Below are positions 1-9,957 of a DNA stretch of 64,000 nt, in pieces. The notes beneath the pieces are model-generated. The model had not been told where the DNA came from, did not search any database, and saw only the letters and a list, made by a program, of their open reading frames with translations. Source of the stretch: Paraphysomonas bandaiensis (Eukaryota; Protista; Chrysophyceae). Location: positions 62,001-126,000 of the forward strand of contig CBFFRP010000067.1 in NCBI GenBank assembly GCA_965644295.1, read 5' to 3'. Position 1 is the stretch's first letter; every line of letters starts with the position of its first letter. The translations under genes and the position numbers were made by a program.

Positions 1-594
1 CACCAGCAGACCGCCCAAAGGTATTTAATTGAGACTGATCCAAAACCCCATATGCGTATGTAACAACACTGGGATACCGGCGACTCTTGTTGTGTGCGTG
101 ATACACCCATCGCGATTGCGTTTCCGCTGACATCCAATCCACTTCGGCCTCTGAAAGATCCCTATTCTCTCCAGAACGATTAAAATCCCTCAATACTGCC
201 GATACAAATGACCGTACTTGTAGTAACCACTCCTTAATCCTCCTGTGCCTGAAGGAGCAAAGCAGCTTGAGTACTCTGTTCACAGTATATATGACATGAT
301 GGTGTCATTGTAATTGAATTTATATATACCGGAGAAAGATTGTGAAAAAAAGAAAGGGACTTGTCCCTTTTATCAGGTTCCATTTTTTCCCATTGTGGGT
401 ATGTGCTGAAGAAAGTTCTCTTATTTGTGCCGATCTGATCTCTGGGTACTACCCTTAGACGATTGATCATGCAGTCTGGTTTGCAGCCAGGCCACTCCTT
501 TATTTCCCCTGATATCTTCTCCCTAGGGTAGCTATCTGGGGCATTTTGTATTTCCGAAGCAATGTTTGCAGCTGGTGAGCTCGATTCAGACATC
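1..594 (-). pseudogene. Degraded/frameshifted coding fragment of unknown function, continues beyond left edge; possibly transposon-borne
   Basis: ORF 234-644 (MSESSSPAAN...) and a second open minus-strand frame 1-~237 (IKEWLLQVRSFVSAVLRDFNRSG...WVYHAHNKSRRYP) are out of frame with each other; repeated GTGTGACCC motifs upstream. Confidence 0.3.
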
Positions 595-1030
595 TTTATT
601 GCGTTGACAGTTCTATTTAACAATATCAATGAAGTATCCTGCATATATAGATATCTGATCCATATGTTCTGTTGATGTTTTTGTTCGTGTGACCCTGAAA
701 AGATACCAAAGCATAAAAAATTACAATGATAATTTTTTATGCTTTGTGTGTGACCCGTTTTTTAGCCATCTCCCAAACAACGAAATTTCTCTGTCAAATT
801 CAGTAATTTGCGGCAGGTGTGACCCTGAAATTCGACAGGATTTCTGAAAAAGCATACAAATAAGAACATTGTTTTTATTTTTGGGTGTTGGTTTTTTTCT
901 CGTGTGATACGAGCCTAATGCTGTATTCTGACAGCATAAAATCACGATAATCTAGAAATCCAAAGTATTTTCTAAAAAAAGGAGTTTTTGGAATAAATAC
1001 TCTCATTACAAGTCAGTACGACCTTCTCCA

Positions 1031-1060
1031 TTAAAATACATTAAAATACATTAAAATACA
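1031..1060. repeat. 10-bp tandem repeat TTAAAATACA x3
   Basis: Read directly from sequence. Confidence 0.9.
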
Positions 1061-1262
1061 ATAATAAATAGATAGTTATCGTACTCACCATTCATTCTAT
1101 GTGAAAAATGAATGACAGAGAGGGCCAACTAGTCGGGCATGTATATACCAACTCCATCACTCCTCTTCATAAGTTTGAGTATTAAACAGATTGGTTGATT
1201 ATATCAGCAGTCTGTATAATTAACATTTAATACATTCTTTTACATTAAAATAATTATTGATA

Positions 1263-3224
1263 ATGGTAGTGTATAATTTCAAGAAGATTCAGCCGATACC
1301 ATCAGCCAATGATTTCATTGATATTGCTTTAACAAGAACACAAAGAAAAACACCTACTGTGATACATCCTGGTTATAAAATCACTAGAATTCGTTCATTT
1401 TATATGAGAAAAGTAAAGTTTACTGAACAAACGATTAATGAAAAACTTGGAGCAATCTTACAGGACTTTCCTCGATTGGACGATATTCATCCCTTCTATG
1501 CTGACCTCATGAATATTCTCTATGATAGGGATCACTTTAAGTTAGCACTTGGTCAAGTCAATACTGCCAAAAATCTTATTACAGGATTGTGTAAAGATTA
1601 TCTTCGGTTGCTAAAGTATGGCGACTCTTTGTACAGATGTAAACAACTCAAACGTGCTGCCCTTGGTCGCATGTGTACTGTTATCAAGAAGCTCAAGGCA
1701 TCTCTTGGATATCTAGAAGAAGTACGAAAGCACATATCCCGTCTTCCTGCACTCGATCCCACAACCCGCACCCTTCTTCTTACGGGCTACCCTAATGTCG
1801 GGAAGTCGTCGTTCATGAACAAAGTTACACGTGCCGATGTCGATGTTCAGCCGTATGCTTTCACAACTAAGGCTCTATTCGTGGGTCACATGGACCACAG
1901 ATTTCTCCGCTGGCAGGTTGTAGATACTCCTGGAATTTTGGACAGACCTCTGGAGGAGAGAAATACCATCGAAATGCAAGCTATTACTGCTCTTGCCCAC
2001 CTCCAGTGCTGTGTACTTTACTTCCTTGATATTTCGGAGCAGTGCGGATACCCCCTTGACCAGCAGCTAAAGTTGTTTGAGTCCATCCGTCCGCTGTTTG
2101 CCAACAAGCAGGTAATGATGGTAGCAAACAAGACCGATGTTGTGTCGTATGAGAGTCTGTCTGCCTCTCAGAGGAGTGCTATTGAAGAAGTTGCTGCGAA
2201 TGCTGGTGCCGAGCTGATTCCTATGAGCAACGTATCAGAGAGCAATGTAAGCGCCCTTAAAACACGCGCCTGTGACAAGCTTCTTGAGGCTCGTGTAGAG
2301 TCTAAGCTTTCAGCTGGACGTATGAAGGATGATGTCCTCTCCCGTATTACAGTGGTTACCCCGAAGCCAAGGGACGGTTCTCAACGCGAGGCGTATATCC
2401 CAGATAGCGTCCGCGCTGCTGCTGCAGGGGAGCGCATGGATACTACACGTACCACAGAGAAAGACTTAATGATCAAAAATGGTGGAGCGGGTGTATACGT
2501 GTGCGACTACAGAAAGTACTATCTCCTTGAGGATGACGAATGGAAATTCGATGCTATTCCTGAGATCATGGACGGGAAAAACGTCATGGACTTTTTCGAT
2601 GCGGACATCGAGAGCCGCTTGGCAGCATTGGAGGAAGAAGAGGCTGCCTTGGAAGCCCAGGGTGCCTATGCTCCTGAAGAGAGTGACGATGAGGATCTTA
2701 ATGAAGAGGAACTTGCACTGCACAAGGCCATCAGGGATAAGCAGGCGATTGCTCGAAAGGACTCCCGCGTGCCTCACACAACTGTCCCAAGGAAATTTTC
2801 TGTGCGTGGGCGTTCGGAGGAGGAGATCAAAAACCATCTTGAAGGAGTAGGCCTCGAGAGTGAGGGTGTCCTCGAACACACGAGAGGAAGAAAGCGACAC
2901 CGCTCGCTCTCTGCTCGCAAGGATGGAGAAATGGATGTTGATGGGGAAGGGGCTTCGCGGTCGAGAATGCGCAGCAGCTCAAGGTCTGAGTCCGTCGCTA
3001 AAAAACAATTCCGGTCTGGATCTAAATCTGCCACTAGAGGTCCCAGGGACACTTCTCTGGCTCCTACTCAGAAGAAACAAGTATCCAAAGGTATCAAGTC
3101 GATGGAGAGAAAAATATTTAGAGAGGCTCGTGGGGGTGAAGCAGATAGGCGTCATTATGCTAAGCTTGTTAAGCATATGAACTCTGGAAAGAGATCACTC
3201 GGTACCAGTACTATTGGTCGTTAG
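1263..3224 (+). CDS. NOG1: Nucleolar GTP-binding protein 1 (60S biogenesis GTPase), intronless
   Basis: MVVYNFKKI..RTQRKTPTVIH N-terminus, GYPNVGKSS P-loop, QPYAFTTK, DTPGILD, NKTD, C-terminal GKRSLGTS. Confidence 0.97.
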   Translation: MVVYNFKKIQPIPSANDFIDIALTRTQRKTPTVIHPGYKITRIRSFYMRKVKFTEQTINEKLGAILQDFPRLDDIHPFYADLMNILYDRDHFKLALGQVNTAKNLITGLCKDYLRLLKYGDSLYRCKQLKRAALGRMCTVIKKLKASLGYLEEVRKHISRLPALDPTTRTLLLTGYPNVGKSSFMNKVTRADVDVQPYAFTTKALFVGHMDHRFLRWQVVDTPGILDRPLEERNTIEMQAITALAHLQCCVLYFLDISEQCGYPLDQQLKLFESIRPLFANKQVMMVANKTDVVSYESLSASQRSAIEEVAANAGAELIPMSNVSESNVSALKTRACDKLLEARVESKLSAGRMKDDVLSRITVVTPKPRDGSQREAYIPDSVRAAAAGERMDTTRTTEKDLMIKNGGAGVYVCDYRKYYLLEDDEWKFDAIPEIMDGKNVMDFFDADIESRLAALEEEEAALEAQGAYAPEESDDEDLNEEELALHKAIRDKQAIARKDSRVPHTTVPRKFSVRGRSEEEIKNHLEGVGLESEGVLEHTRGRKRHRSLSARKDGEMDVDGEGASRSRMRSSSRSESVAKKQFRSGSKSATRGPRDTSLAPTQKKQVSKGIKSMERKIFREARGGEADRRHYAKLVKHMNSGKRSLGTSTIGR

Positions 3225-3644
3225 ATTTCTATAGCTCTAGACTGGATATTACATTGCCCATTATCGTTTTTCCCGACGAGTCCGTGTTCATATGTGAGAT
3301 TTCTCAATCAAGTGTAGAACAGTGTTTTGTCTGCGTACTACACATTCCTTTAGCGATTACGATCCGTACATGGTCATTAGATTCACATTTATGCTGACAT
3401 TATATCACGAATTAATAAACCAATAATGATAAATGGTGATTTCTGTTACTACTCTCTGAATTTTCTGGCTTTCGCTTGCTATATTGCTCTTCACGAAAAA
3501 AATCTGTTGCCATAGTTTACTTAGTAAATATAATTTCTCCAAGTTTACGCTTCTCCAAGTTGATATAATTTCTGTATACAAGAGTTCCGAAATTTGTCCA
3601 TATAGTAGGAACCAGTGTGAGGTATAAGGTATTGCAATAGAAAG

Positions 3645-3884
3645 TATTAGGATTCTGCTTAATACATGATTGTATCTGTGAGTTATAATGTTCAATGAAA
3701 TATACCATGAACTGAATTAGAGAGAGTATCTGTCGAAGATACGTGATCGTCATCATAACGTCGTCATTATCAGTTACACTTCTAACTATTCCGTTATGCA
3801 TGATAGCTACCTTCCATATTGTTATTCATAATTTTTCACTCTATCGTGTTCTTTACTTACTATTATAAAGATCAATTCTTTATT
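3645..3884 (+). mobile_element. Solo LTR of Copia family B (same family as 62446-62711)
   Basis: Near-identical to the 5' LTR at 62446-62711 (27-bp deletion between TTAC repeats, few substitutions); flanked by 5-bp direct repeat GAAAG (3640-3644, 3885-3889). Confidence 0.93.
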
Positions 3885-4009
3885 GAAAGTAGTTTATACC
3901 AATTATAAGCTTGACTTCTATGTGAAGTTCAATACACTAAGAGTAGAATGCAGAATTCTATATGTTAGCCGTTTGCCATGTATACAGAGATACAGAGTAT
4001 CTAGAAAAA

Positions 4010-4316
4010 TATTGAACTACAACCAACTCCTACGTGCGTACTTGAAGTTTGGTAAAGTCAATCGCTAGTAGTTATCCTGTATTCTATGTAGCAATGAAAT
4101 ACAGAATATACATGACTACAGTATAGGAGTAGCTATTACAAGTATACAAAGAAACTGAAAATATAGTAGCTGTTAAAGATATGATTTGTAGAACAGAATG
4201 TTGATGTTGGTAAATGACGTGGTTCCTAACTCACAGGGCTACAACATCATAAACTTACTATATCTCCTATAATATCAATCAGTCAATATTGCACTAACTA
4301 AAAGCGTAAATTAATA
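4010..4316 (+). repeat. 5' LTR of Copia family A (TATT...AATA termini)
   Basis: Direct repeat of 8882-9188. Confidence 0.97.
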
Positions 4317-7300
4317 TGGCAGCGGATGGAAATTTCACGAATGTCGCCTCAGGCTCAAAGGTACCTCCCTTCGAGGAACTGAACTTCAAGAAATTCAAGA
4401 AGTTCTTCACCTCATTCCTCATGAGACACAATCGAGCTCATCTTGTCCTCTCAAAGGATAAACCAAGGCACATTCATGATCTAGACTCTACAGTCCCAGC
4501 GGGAGCTCATATGACTGATGCACAGAAGAAGCGACTACGCAAAGCGAAGAAACTCTGGAACACCCGGAACGAGACCGCGTACTCCTTCCTGATGGAAGTG
4601 TGCAATGCTCACCCAAAAGCAGGCACAACAGCGGCTCTCTACGAAGGAAGTACAGCAAAAGGGTTACTACAGGCACTGGAAGAGAGATTTCTCAATGTTG
4701 AAAAGAATACAGTACAGGCAGAGGTCACAAAGTTCAATTCAATGAAGATTACCTCAAGTCAGTCAGGAGCAGAGTTCGTCGACAGCGTTGAAGCCCAGGC
4801 CAAGATTCTCGAGAATCTAGGTCGTGAAGTCACGGAAGACGACAAGCTCACTCGACTAAAGGAAGGTCTCACAGACAAGAGATATTCCCAACTAGCACAC
4901 AGCCTGTATACAGCAAACGATGTGACATACGCAAGAGCAAGCAGCCTAATCAAAGGGTATGAAAACACATCATTCGGCAAGCATGCGTTGCAAAATTCAG
5001 GGGAAGACAGTGTCAATCAAGCAGTGGATGACAGTAAATGGAAAGAGCACAAGAGAAAGGGCAGATGCAATAAGTGCAAGAAACTTGGCCACTTTGCTAG
5101 GGAGTGCAAGACTCCAGAGCATGTCATAAAGAGGATGAAGGGGACAAGATCACAGAGAAAAGATAGAGATCACAGAAACAGGGGTGATAACAAAACAAAG
5201 CTACCTGTGTGTGAGATATGTGACATCCCAGGCCATCAGACTAAAGACTGCTTCCACTTGAAGACTGCTAAAGCTGCAGTGGTCAGTTCTAAACGGGGGC
5301 GAGACTCTAGAAGGGAAACGGCACCCTACAAGAACAAGAAGAAACCGCGAGTGTCTGTACATGATTCAGAAGATGAAGCGGGATACGAATCGATGATATG
5401 TGTGGAAGAAGAGGTGAATCTAGCACAGAGCATGTCAGATGTTATTTATTTAGACAGCGGGTGCAACAAGATGATCCTTACCTCCAAAAACCACATGACC
5501 AACCTTCAGCGCGCTGATAGGCAGATGTCCACAGCGAACAAAGGTAAACTGTCAATACACAGTGTTGGCGATGTAGGAAGCTTTAAAAAGGTGTACTACG
5601 CACCTGAAGCAAGTAAGAACCTCGTAGATATGAAGAGCATCACAGATAGGGGTTGTGTTGTGACGTTCGATAATGATGAAGTCGTCATTCGAAATAAGAC
5701 TACGAACAAGACACTCATTAGACAGAGAAGTGTTAATGGATTATATCCAGTTCGACTCGAAGACTTACTTCAGCTTGGAGAAGAATCCTCAGCAGCACTT
5801 GAGGAGCAGGGGTTTGATGACCAGCGAATTCTATGGCACAAAAGACTTGGCCATGTCAACTATGATAAACTGACTGAGTCCGACCGCCGAGGCCTAGTTG
5901 ATGGAATAAATCTGGACAAGAAATATTTCAGAAAAAAACACAAAAAAACGATATGCAAATGTAATACCTGCATGCGATCGAAACTCACGAGAAAGAACTT
6001 CAGGACTCCACGCCAGTTGATGAACTTAGACAACAACCCAAAGGAGAGAGGGGTGCTCAGTGCAGATACGATGGAAGTCCTAAACACGCCATCGATGGAA
6101 GGCTACAAACATGTGTTACTATTCAAGCACAGTGATGCAAAACATGTATGGGCTTATGGGTTGAAAAACAAGACTGGGAGTGAAGTGTTAAAGTGTATGA
6201 AGGACATGGTAGAGACCCAACTTGTCAAAGAAGGATTGCAACTACGACGATATCATGCAGATGGCGCAGGAGAACTAGTAGGGCAACATGTCAGGCAGTA
6301 CTTACGTGAAACCACCAGCACAAGGACTGTACAGGTTACTTGGACTCCACGTGACACACCCGAAATGAATTCGCTATCGGAACGCACTAATCGTACAGTG
6401 AAGGAGATGGCCCTTGCTATATTGCTCGATAGTGGCATGCCATCAGTATTTTGGTTCAAAGCAGTCTTGCATGCTGTATATCTGATCAACAGGTTACCTA
6501 CGAAGACAACGAAAGGATACATCTCACCTTTTGAGTATATTACTGGAACCGCACCAGATGTGAGTGACTTGAAGATCTGGGGCTGCAAGGCATGGGCTAT
6601 TGTGCCGAAGGAGCAGCGCCGCAAAGAGTGGAAAGAAAAGGGAAAACCTGGATACTATATGGGACAATGTCAACAACCTGTTGGACACCAAATATATATT
6701 CCAGACCTGAATGCTATTATTGTTGCAGTCAATGCACAGTTTGATGAGTCAATTCCAGAGCGTTCACAGGAGTATTTCGACGAAATAGATAATCTACAAA
6801 TCGACACCTCAGAAACAGCAGAGAGTGTAAATGACTATCAGTACCTGGTGGGCCTCAGACATCTTGATGGACACCTGTGTTATGTTACCACCAGAGTGAT
6901 AGAGAGAAGAGGAGTCATTGTTGCATATAGGAGATTAGATATGAAAGGAAATACTACCGAGGAGCAAACTCCAATTCATATCAAAGATGTAGTAAAGATG
7001 ACTCACTCTACAAAGTGTCAGACCGACAAGTTTAATAGTTTGCGAAATGAGTTGGATCAGACTTGTAATGACAGTGACAATGAACAGAGGACTCCTGACC
7101 GCTCAAATCGGGGCGCATCTTCAACAGGTGGGGCAGATCGAAATCCCAGAACTGAAAAACGACCTCGAAAAAAACGGCACATTGTTAACGTTGGTGTCCT
7201 CGGCGATGTCTCATTGTTTCTTGATTCCTCCAACAGCACAATTAAAGAGCCACAGACGCTGGCAGAAGCAAAGAAGACTCCACAGAGAACATACTGGATT

Positions 7301-8833
7301 GAAGCTACCAGGAAGGAGGTGCACAAGCTTGAACGAAGGACATGCTGGAAGATTGTCCGAAGGCCGAAACACCGAAAAATCATAAAATCTAAATTGGTCT
7401 TTAAAGTAAAGCGCGACCATCTTGGAAAAATTAAGAAGTTCAAAGTTCGACTTGTGGCGAAAGGGTTTACTCAAGAACAAGGAGTCGACTATAATGAGAC
7501 ATTCTCCCCAGTAGCTAAAGGTGTATCATTTAGGCTAGCACTAGCACTGGCTCTGCGATACAATCTGCAACTCCGTCAACTCGATGTAGAAACGGCATTT
7601 CCGTATGCAGATCTGGACGAAGACGTGTTTATGTCTCCACCTGCAGGAATAGATATTCCACAAGGCTGTTGTTTGAAGATTCTGAAGAGTTTGTATGGCC
7701 TAAAACAAGCGCCTCGAAATTGGCATTCAATGCTGAAGGACAGTATAAAGGCGATGGGGTATAAACAATGTGTTCTTGACCCATGTTTATTTGTACTCAA
7801 GGGTACTGATGATAACCTACATATGATACTTGTGTATGTAGATGATATCATTGTGCTCAGCTCTGACAGCCGTCATATTGAAGAAGTCATCAGCGCCTTT
7901 AAGACTCAATATGCCATGCAAGATATGGGGGACCTTAAGCATTATTTAGGTCTTACCATTGAGCGTCATAATGGCCAGATTAAGTTACATCAGTCTGCAT
8001 ATGCTAAAGATGTTGTGGCCAGATTCAATCACTTGTTGTCAGAAAAGAAGAGACGGTGCAAGGCAACCACACCTCTACCACCTGGCCTAAAGTTGTCCAA
8101 GGATGCAAAAGAGGAAGAAACTCGAAAACAGAGAGAATACGTTGATGCATTTCCCTATCAATCTGTTATTGGTGCCTTAATGTATTTGGCAGTGCATACT
8201 AGACCAGACATGGCATATACAGTAAATCTTCTCTCCCGGTTCACCACAAGACCCACGTACGCTGCATGTCAAGCTGCTCTGCATACTTTATTGTATTTAG
8301 AAAATACAGTTGATCAAGGTATCATATTTCCTAATTTCACAGATGAAGACCCTCTATGTGTGTACTCTGATGCAGATTGGGCCGGAGATCTGGATACATG
8401 CAGATCCACTACAGGGTATATCGTATATCTGTGGGGTGCTCCAATTGCATGGCAGTCCAGACTGCAGCCAACAGTGGCTACGTCGACTATGGAAGCTGAA
8501 TATATGGCTGCATATGCTGCAATTCAGGAGATTGTATGGATACGAGGGGTGATGACAGAGCTCGGAATTCGTGGATTTGAGCTCAGTAAGAATGCGTCTC
8601 CAACAATCTTGAATATGGACAGCAAGAGTGCGATTGATCTAGCTCAGAACCCGGTAAATCATAAACGTTCCAAGCATATTCGGATCAAGTATCATTGGAT
8701 TCGAGAGCAAGTGGGAGGCTGTATCGTCAGGCTGAATCATGTGCCAACGGCAGAGATGACAGCAGACGTGATGACTAAAGCCTTGTCCGAGAAGCTGCAC
8801 TATCAGCATGTGCACACTATGGTATCGCACTAA
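4316..8833 (+). CDS. Copia gag-pol polyprotein (gag, two Zn knuckles, protease, GAG-pre-integrase, integrase, RT, RNase H)
   Basis: CNKCKKLGHFAREC and CEICDIPGHQTKDC knuckles, YLDSGC protease, LWHKRLGH...C..C, NSLSERTNRT integrase, KVRLVAKGFTQ, LKSLYGLKQAPRNW, YVDD, YSDADWAG, HKRSKHI; Copia order PR-IN-RT-RH. Confidence 0.98.
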   Translation: MAADGNFTNVASGSKVPPFEELNFKKFKKFFTSFLMRHNRAHLVLSKDKPRHIHDLDSTVPAGAHMTDAQKKRLRKAKKLWNTRNETAYSFLMEVCNAHPKAGTTAALYEGSTAKGLLQALEERFLNVEKNTVQAEVTKFNSMKITSSQSGAEFVDSVEAQAKILENLGREVTEDDKLTRLKEGLTDKRYSQLAHSLYTANDVTYARASSLIKGYENTSFGKHALQNSGEDSVNQAVDDSKWKEHKRKGRCNKCKKLGHFARECKTPEHVIKRMKGTRSQRKDRDHRNRGDNKTKLPVCEICDIPGHQTKDCFHLKTAKAAVVSSKRGRDSRRETAPYKNKKKPRVSVHDSEDEAGYESMICVEEEVNLAQSMSDVIYLDSGCNKMILTSKNHMTNLQRADRQMSTANKGKLSIHSVGDVGSFKKVYYAPEASKNLVDMKSITDRGCVVTFDNDEVVIRNKTTNKTLIRQRSVNGLYPVRLEDLLQLGEESSAALEEQGFDDQRILWHKRLGHVNYDKLTESDRRGLVDGINLDKKYFRKKHKKTICKCNTCMRSKLTRKNFRTPRQLMNLDNNPKERGVLSADTMEVLNTPSMEGYKHVLLFKHSDAKHVWAYGLKNKTGSEVLKCMKDMVETQLVKEGLQLRRYHADGAGELVGQHVRQYLRETTSTRTVQVTWTPRDTPEMNSLSERTNRTVKEMALAILLDSGMPSVFWFKAVLHAVYLINRLPTKTTKGYISPFEYITGTAPDVSDLKIWGCKAWAIVPKEQRRKEWKEKGKPGYYMGQCQQPVGHQIYIPDLNAIIVAVNAQFDESIPERSQEYFDEIDNLQIDTSETAESVNDYQYLVGLRHLDGHLCYVTTRVIERRGVIVAYRRLDMKGNTTEEQTPIHIKDVVKMTHSTKCQTDKFNSLRNELDQTCNDSDNEQRTPDRSNRGASSTGGADRNPRTEKRPRKKRHIVNVGVLGDVSLFLDSSNSTIKEPQTLAEAKKTPQRTYWIEATRKEVHKLERRTCWKIVRRPKHRKIIKSKLVFKVKRDHLGKIKKFKVRLVAKGFTQEQGVDYNETFSPVAKGVSFRLALALALRYNLQLRQLDVETAFPYADLDEDVFMSPPAGIDIPQGCCLKILKSLYGLKQAPRNWHSMLKDSIKAMGYKQCVLDPCLFVLKGTDDNLHMILVYVDDIIVLSSDSRHIEEVISAFKTQYAMQDMGDLKHYLGLTIERHNGQIKLHQSAYAKDVVARFNHLLSEKKRRCKATTPLPPGLKLSKDAKEEETRKQREYVDAFPYQSVIGALMYLAVHTRPDMAYTVNLLSRFTTRPTYAACQAALHTLLYLENTVDQGIIFPNFTDEDPLCVYSDADWAGDLDTCRSTTGYIVYLWGAPIAWQSRLQPTVATSTMEAEYMAAYAAIQEIVWIRGVMTELGIRGFELSKNASPTILNMDSKSAIDLAQNPVNHKRSKHIRIKYHWIREQVGGCIVRLNHVPTAEMTADVMTKALSEKLHYQHVHTMVSH

Positions 8834-8881
8834 GTAGACTTGCTCATCACAGTATATTCTGATATGTTCATTGAGTGGGAG

Positions 8882-9188
8882 TATTGAACTACAACCAACT
8901 CCTACGTGCGTACTTGAAGTTTGGTAAAGTCAATCGCTAGTAGTTATCCTGTATTCTATGTAGCAATGAAATACAGAATATACATGACTACAGTATAGGA
9001 GTAGCTATTACAAGTATACAAAGAAACTGAAAATATAGTAGCTGTTAAAGATATGATTTGTAGAACAGAATGTTGATGTTGGTAAATGACGTGGTTCCTA
9101 ACTCACAGGGCTACAACATCATAAACTTACTATATCTCCTATAATATCAATCAGTCAATATTGCACTAACTAAAAGCGTAAATTAATA
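8882..9188 (+). repeat. 3' LTR of Copia family A
   Basis: Follows PPT; direct repeat of 4010-4316. Confidence 0.97.
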
Positions 9189-9957
9189 AAAAAAGAGTGT
9201 AATAGTACAATAATCTCAACACTTGATATGAACTGGAAATCTCATATTCACTTCAATATAAATGCAACATCAAAGCAGTGAACTGCGTGTAAAACTACAC
9301 TCTTCACTAGTATTTTAATTATTCTATATAGTACTAACATGAGCGAAAATTGATGAAACATATGTGACGACACTACAAGGGGACGTCCCATTACACCAGA
9401 CGTTGGGTGAGACTACATCTAAGAACAAATCTATTCATCATTATTAATACATTCTATATAGTGCTTGCCCCATTCTGAGCGCGTACTTAGATAGAGCCAG
9501 GGTGGGGGCCGGGTGGGTACCTAACTAATACTTGATTTAAGTCCCATACGTTATTTGCTAGCTACCTACTGAACCCAAGTAGCTACATCATTATCACACG
9601 GTATTCAGCGCTAAAAGTGCTGTTTGCTAGGCAACAAGGTTGGTTTTCGCGGGGATACATAAACCGGTATATCACAAGAACAATATGCTTACTACAATGA
9701 TATAAATTTGCTTGCTACCTTATTGTTTTGTTGCATCGCTTATAGCCTTCTGCAAAAGTATCACATCGTCAATTTGTACTTAGTTGTTACTCTGTTTAGC
9801 CGCTTCTATGCCCTTGATATATATTTAGCCTGATGCTTAGTTCAACAACTAGCTACATTTGTAACAGGGGAGTGACGGATAGTAATAATATGATAATCAT
9901 TATTACTACGTCCTTTTCTTATATTTTTCACAGTTCTCCTGTACTGTGGTGGCCATT

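Larger units (their letters stand above)
4010..9188 (+). mobile_element. Full-length Ty1/Copia LTR retrotransposon (family A)
   Basis: 307-bp LTRs 4010-4316 and 8882-9188 identical by eye, AAAAA TSD, PBS-like TGGCAGCGG at 4317, PPT GAGTGGGAG 8873-8881, intact gag-pol ORF. Confidence 0.98.

Noticed and set aside
3405-4068. Small ORFs 3405-3695, 3517-3801, 3883-4068 and the twin at 62381-62629
   Set aside because: They overlap LTR sequence; the shared peptide simply reflects the LTR repeat
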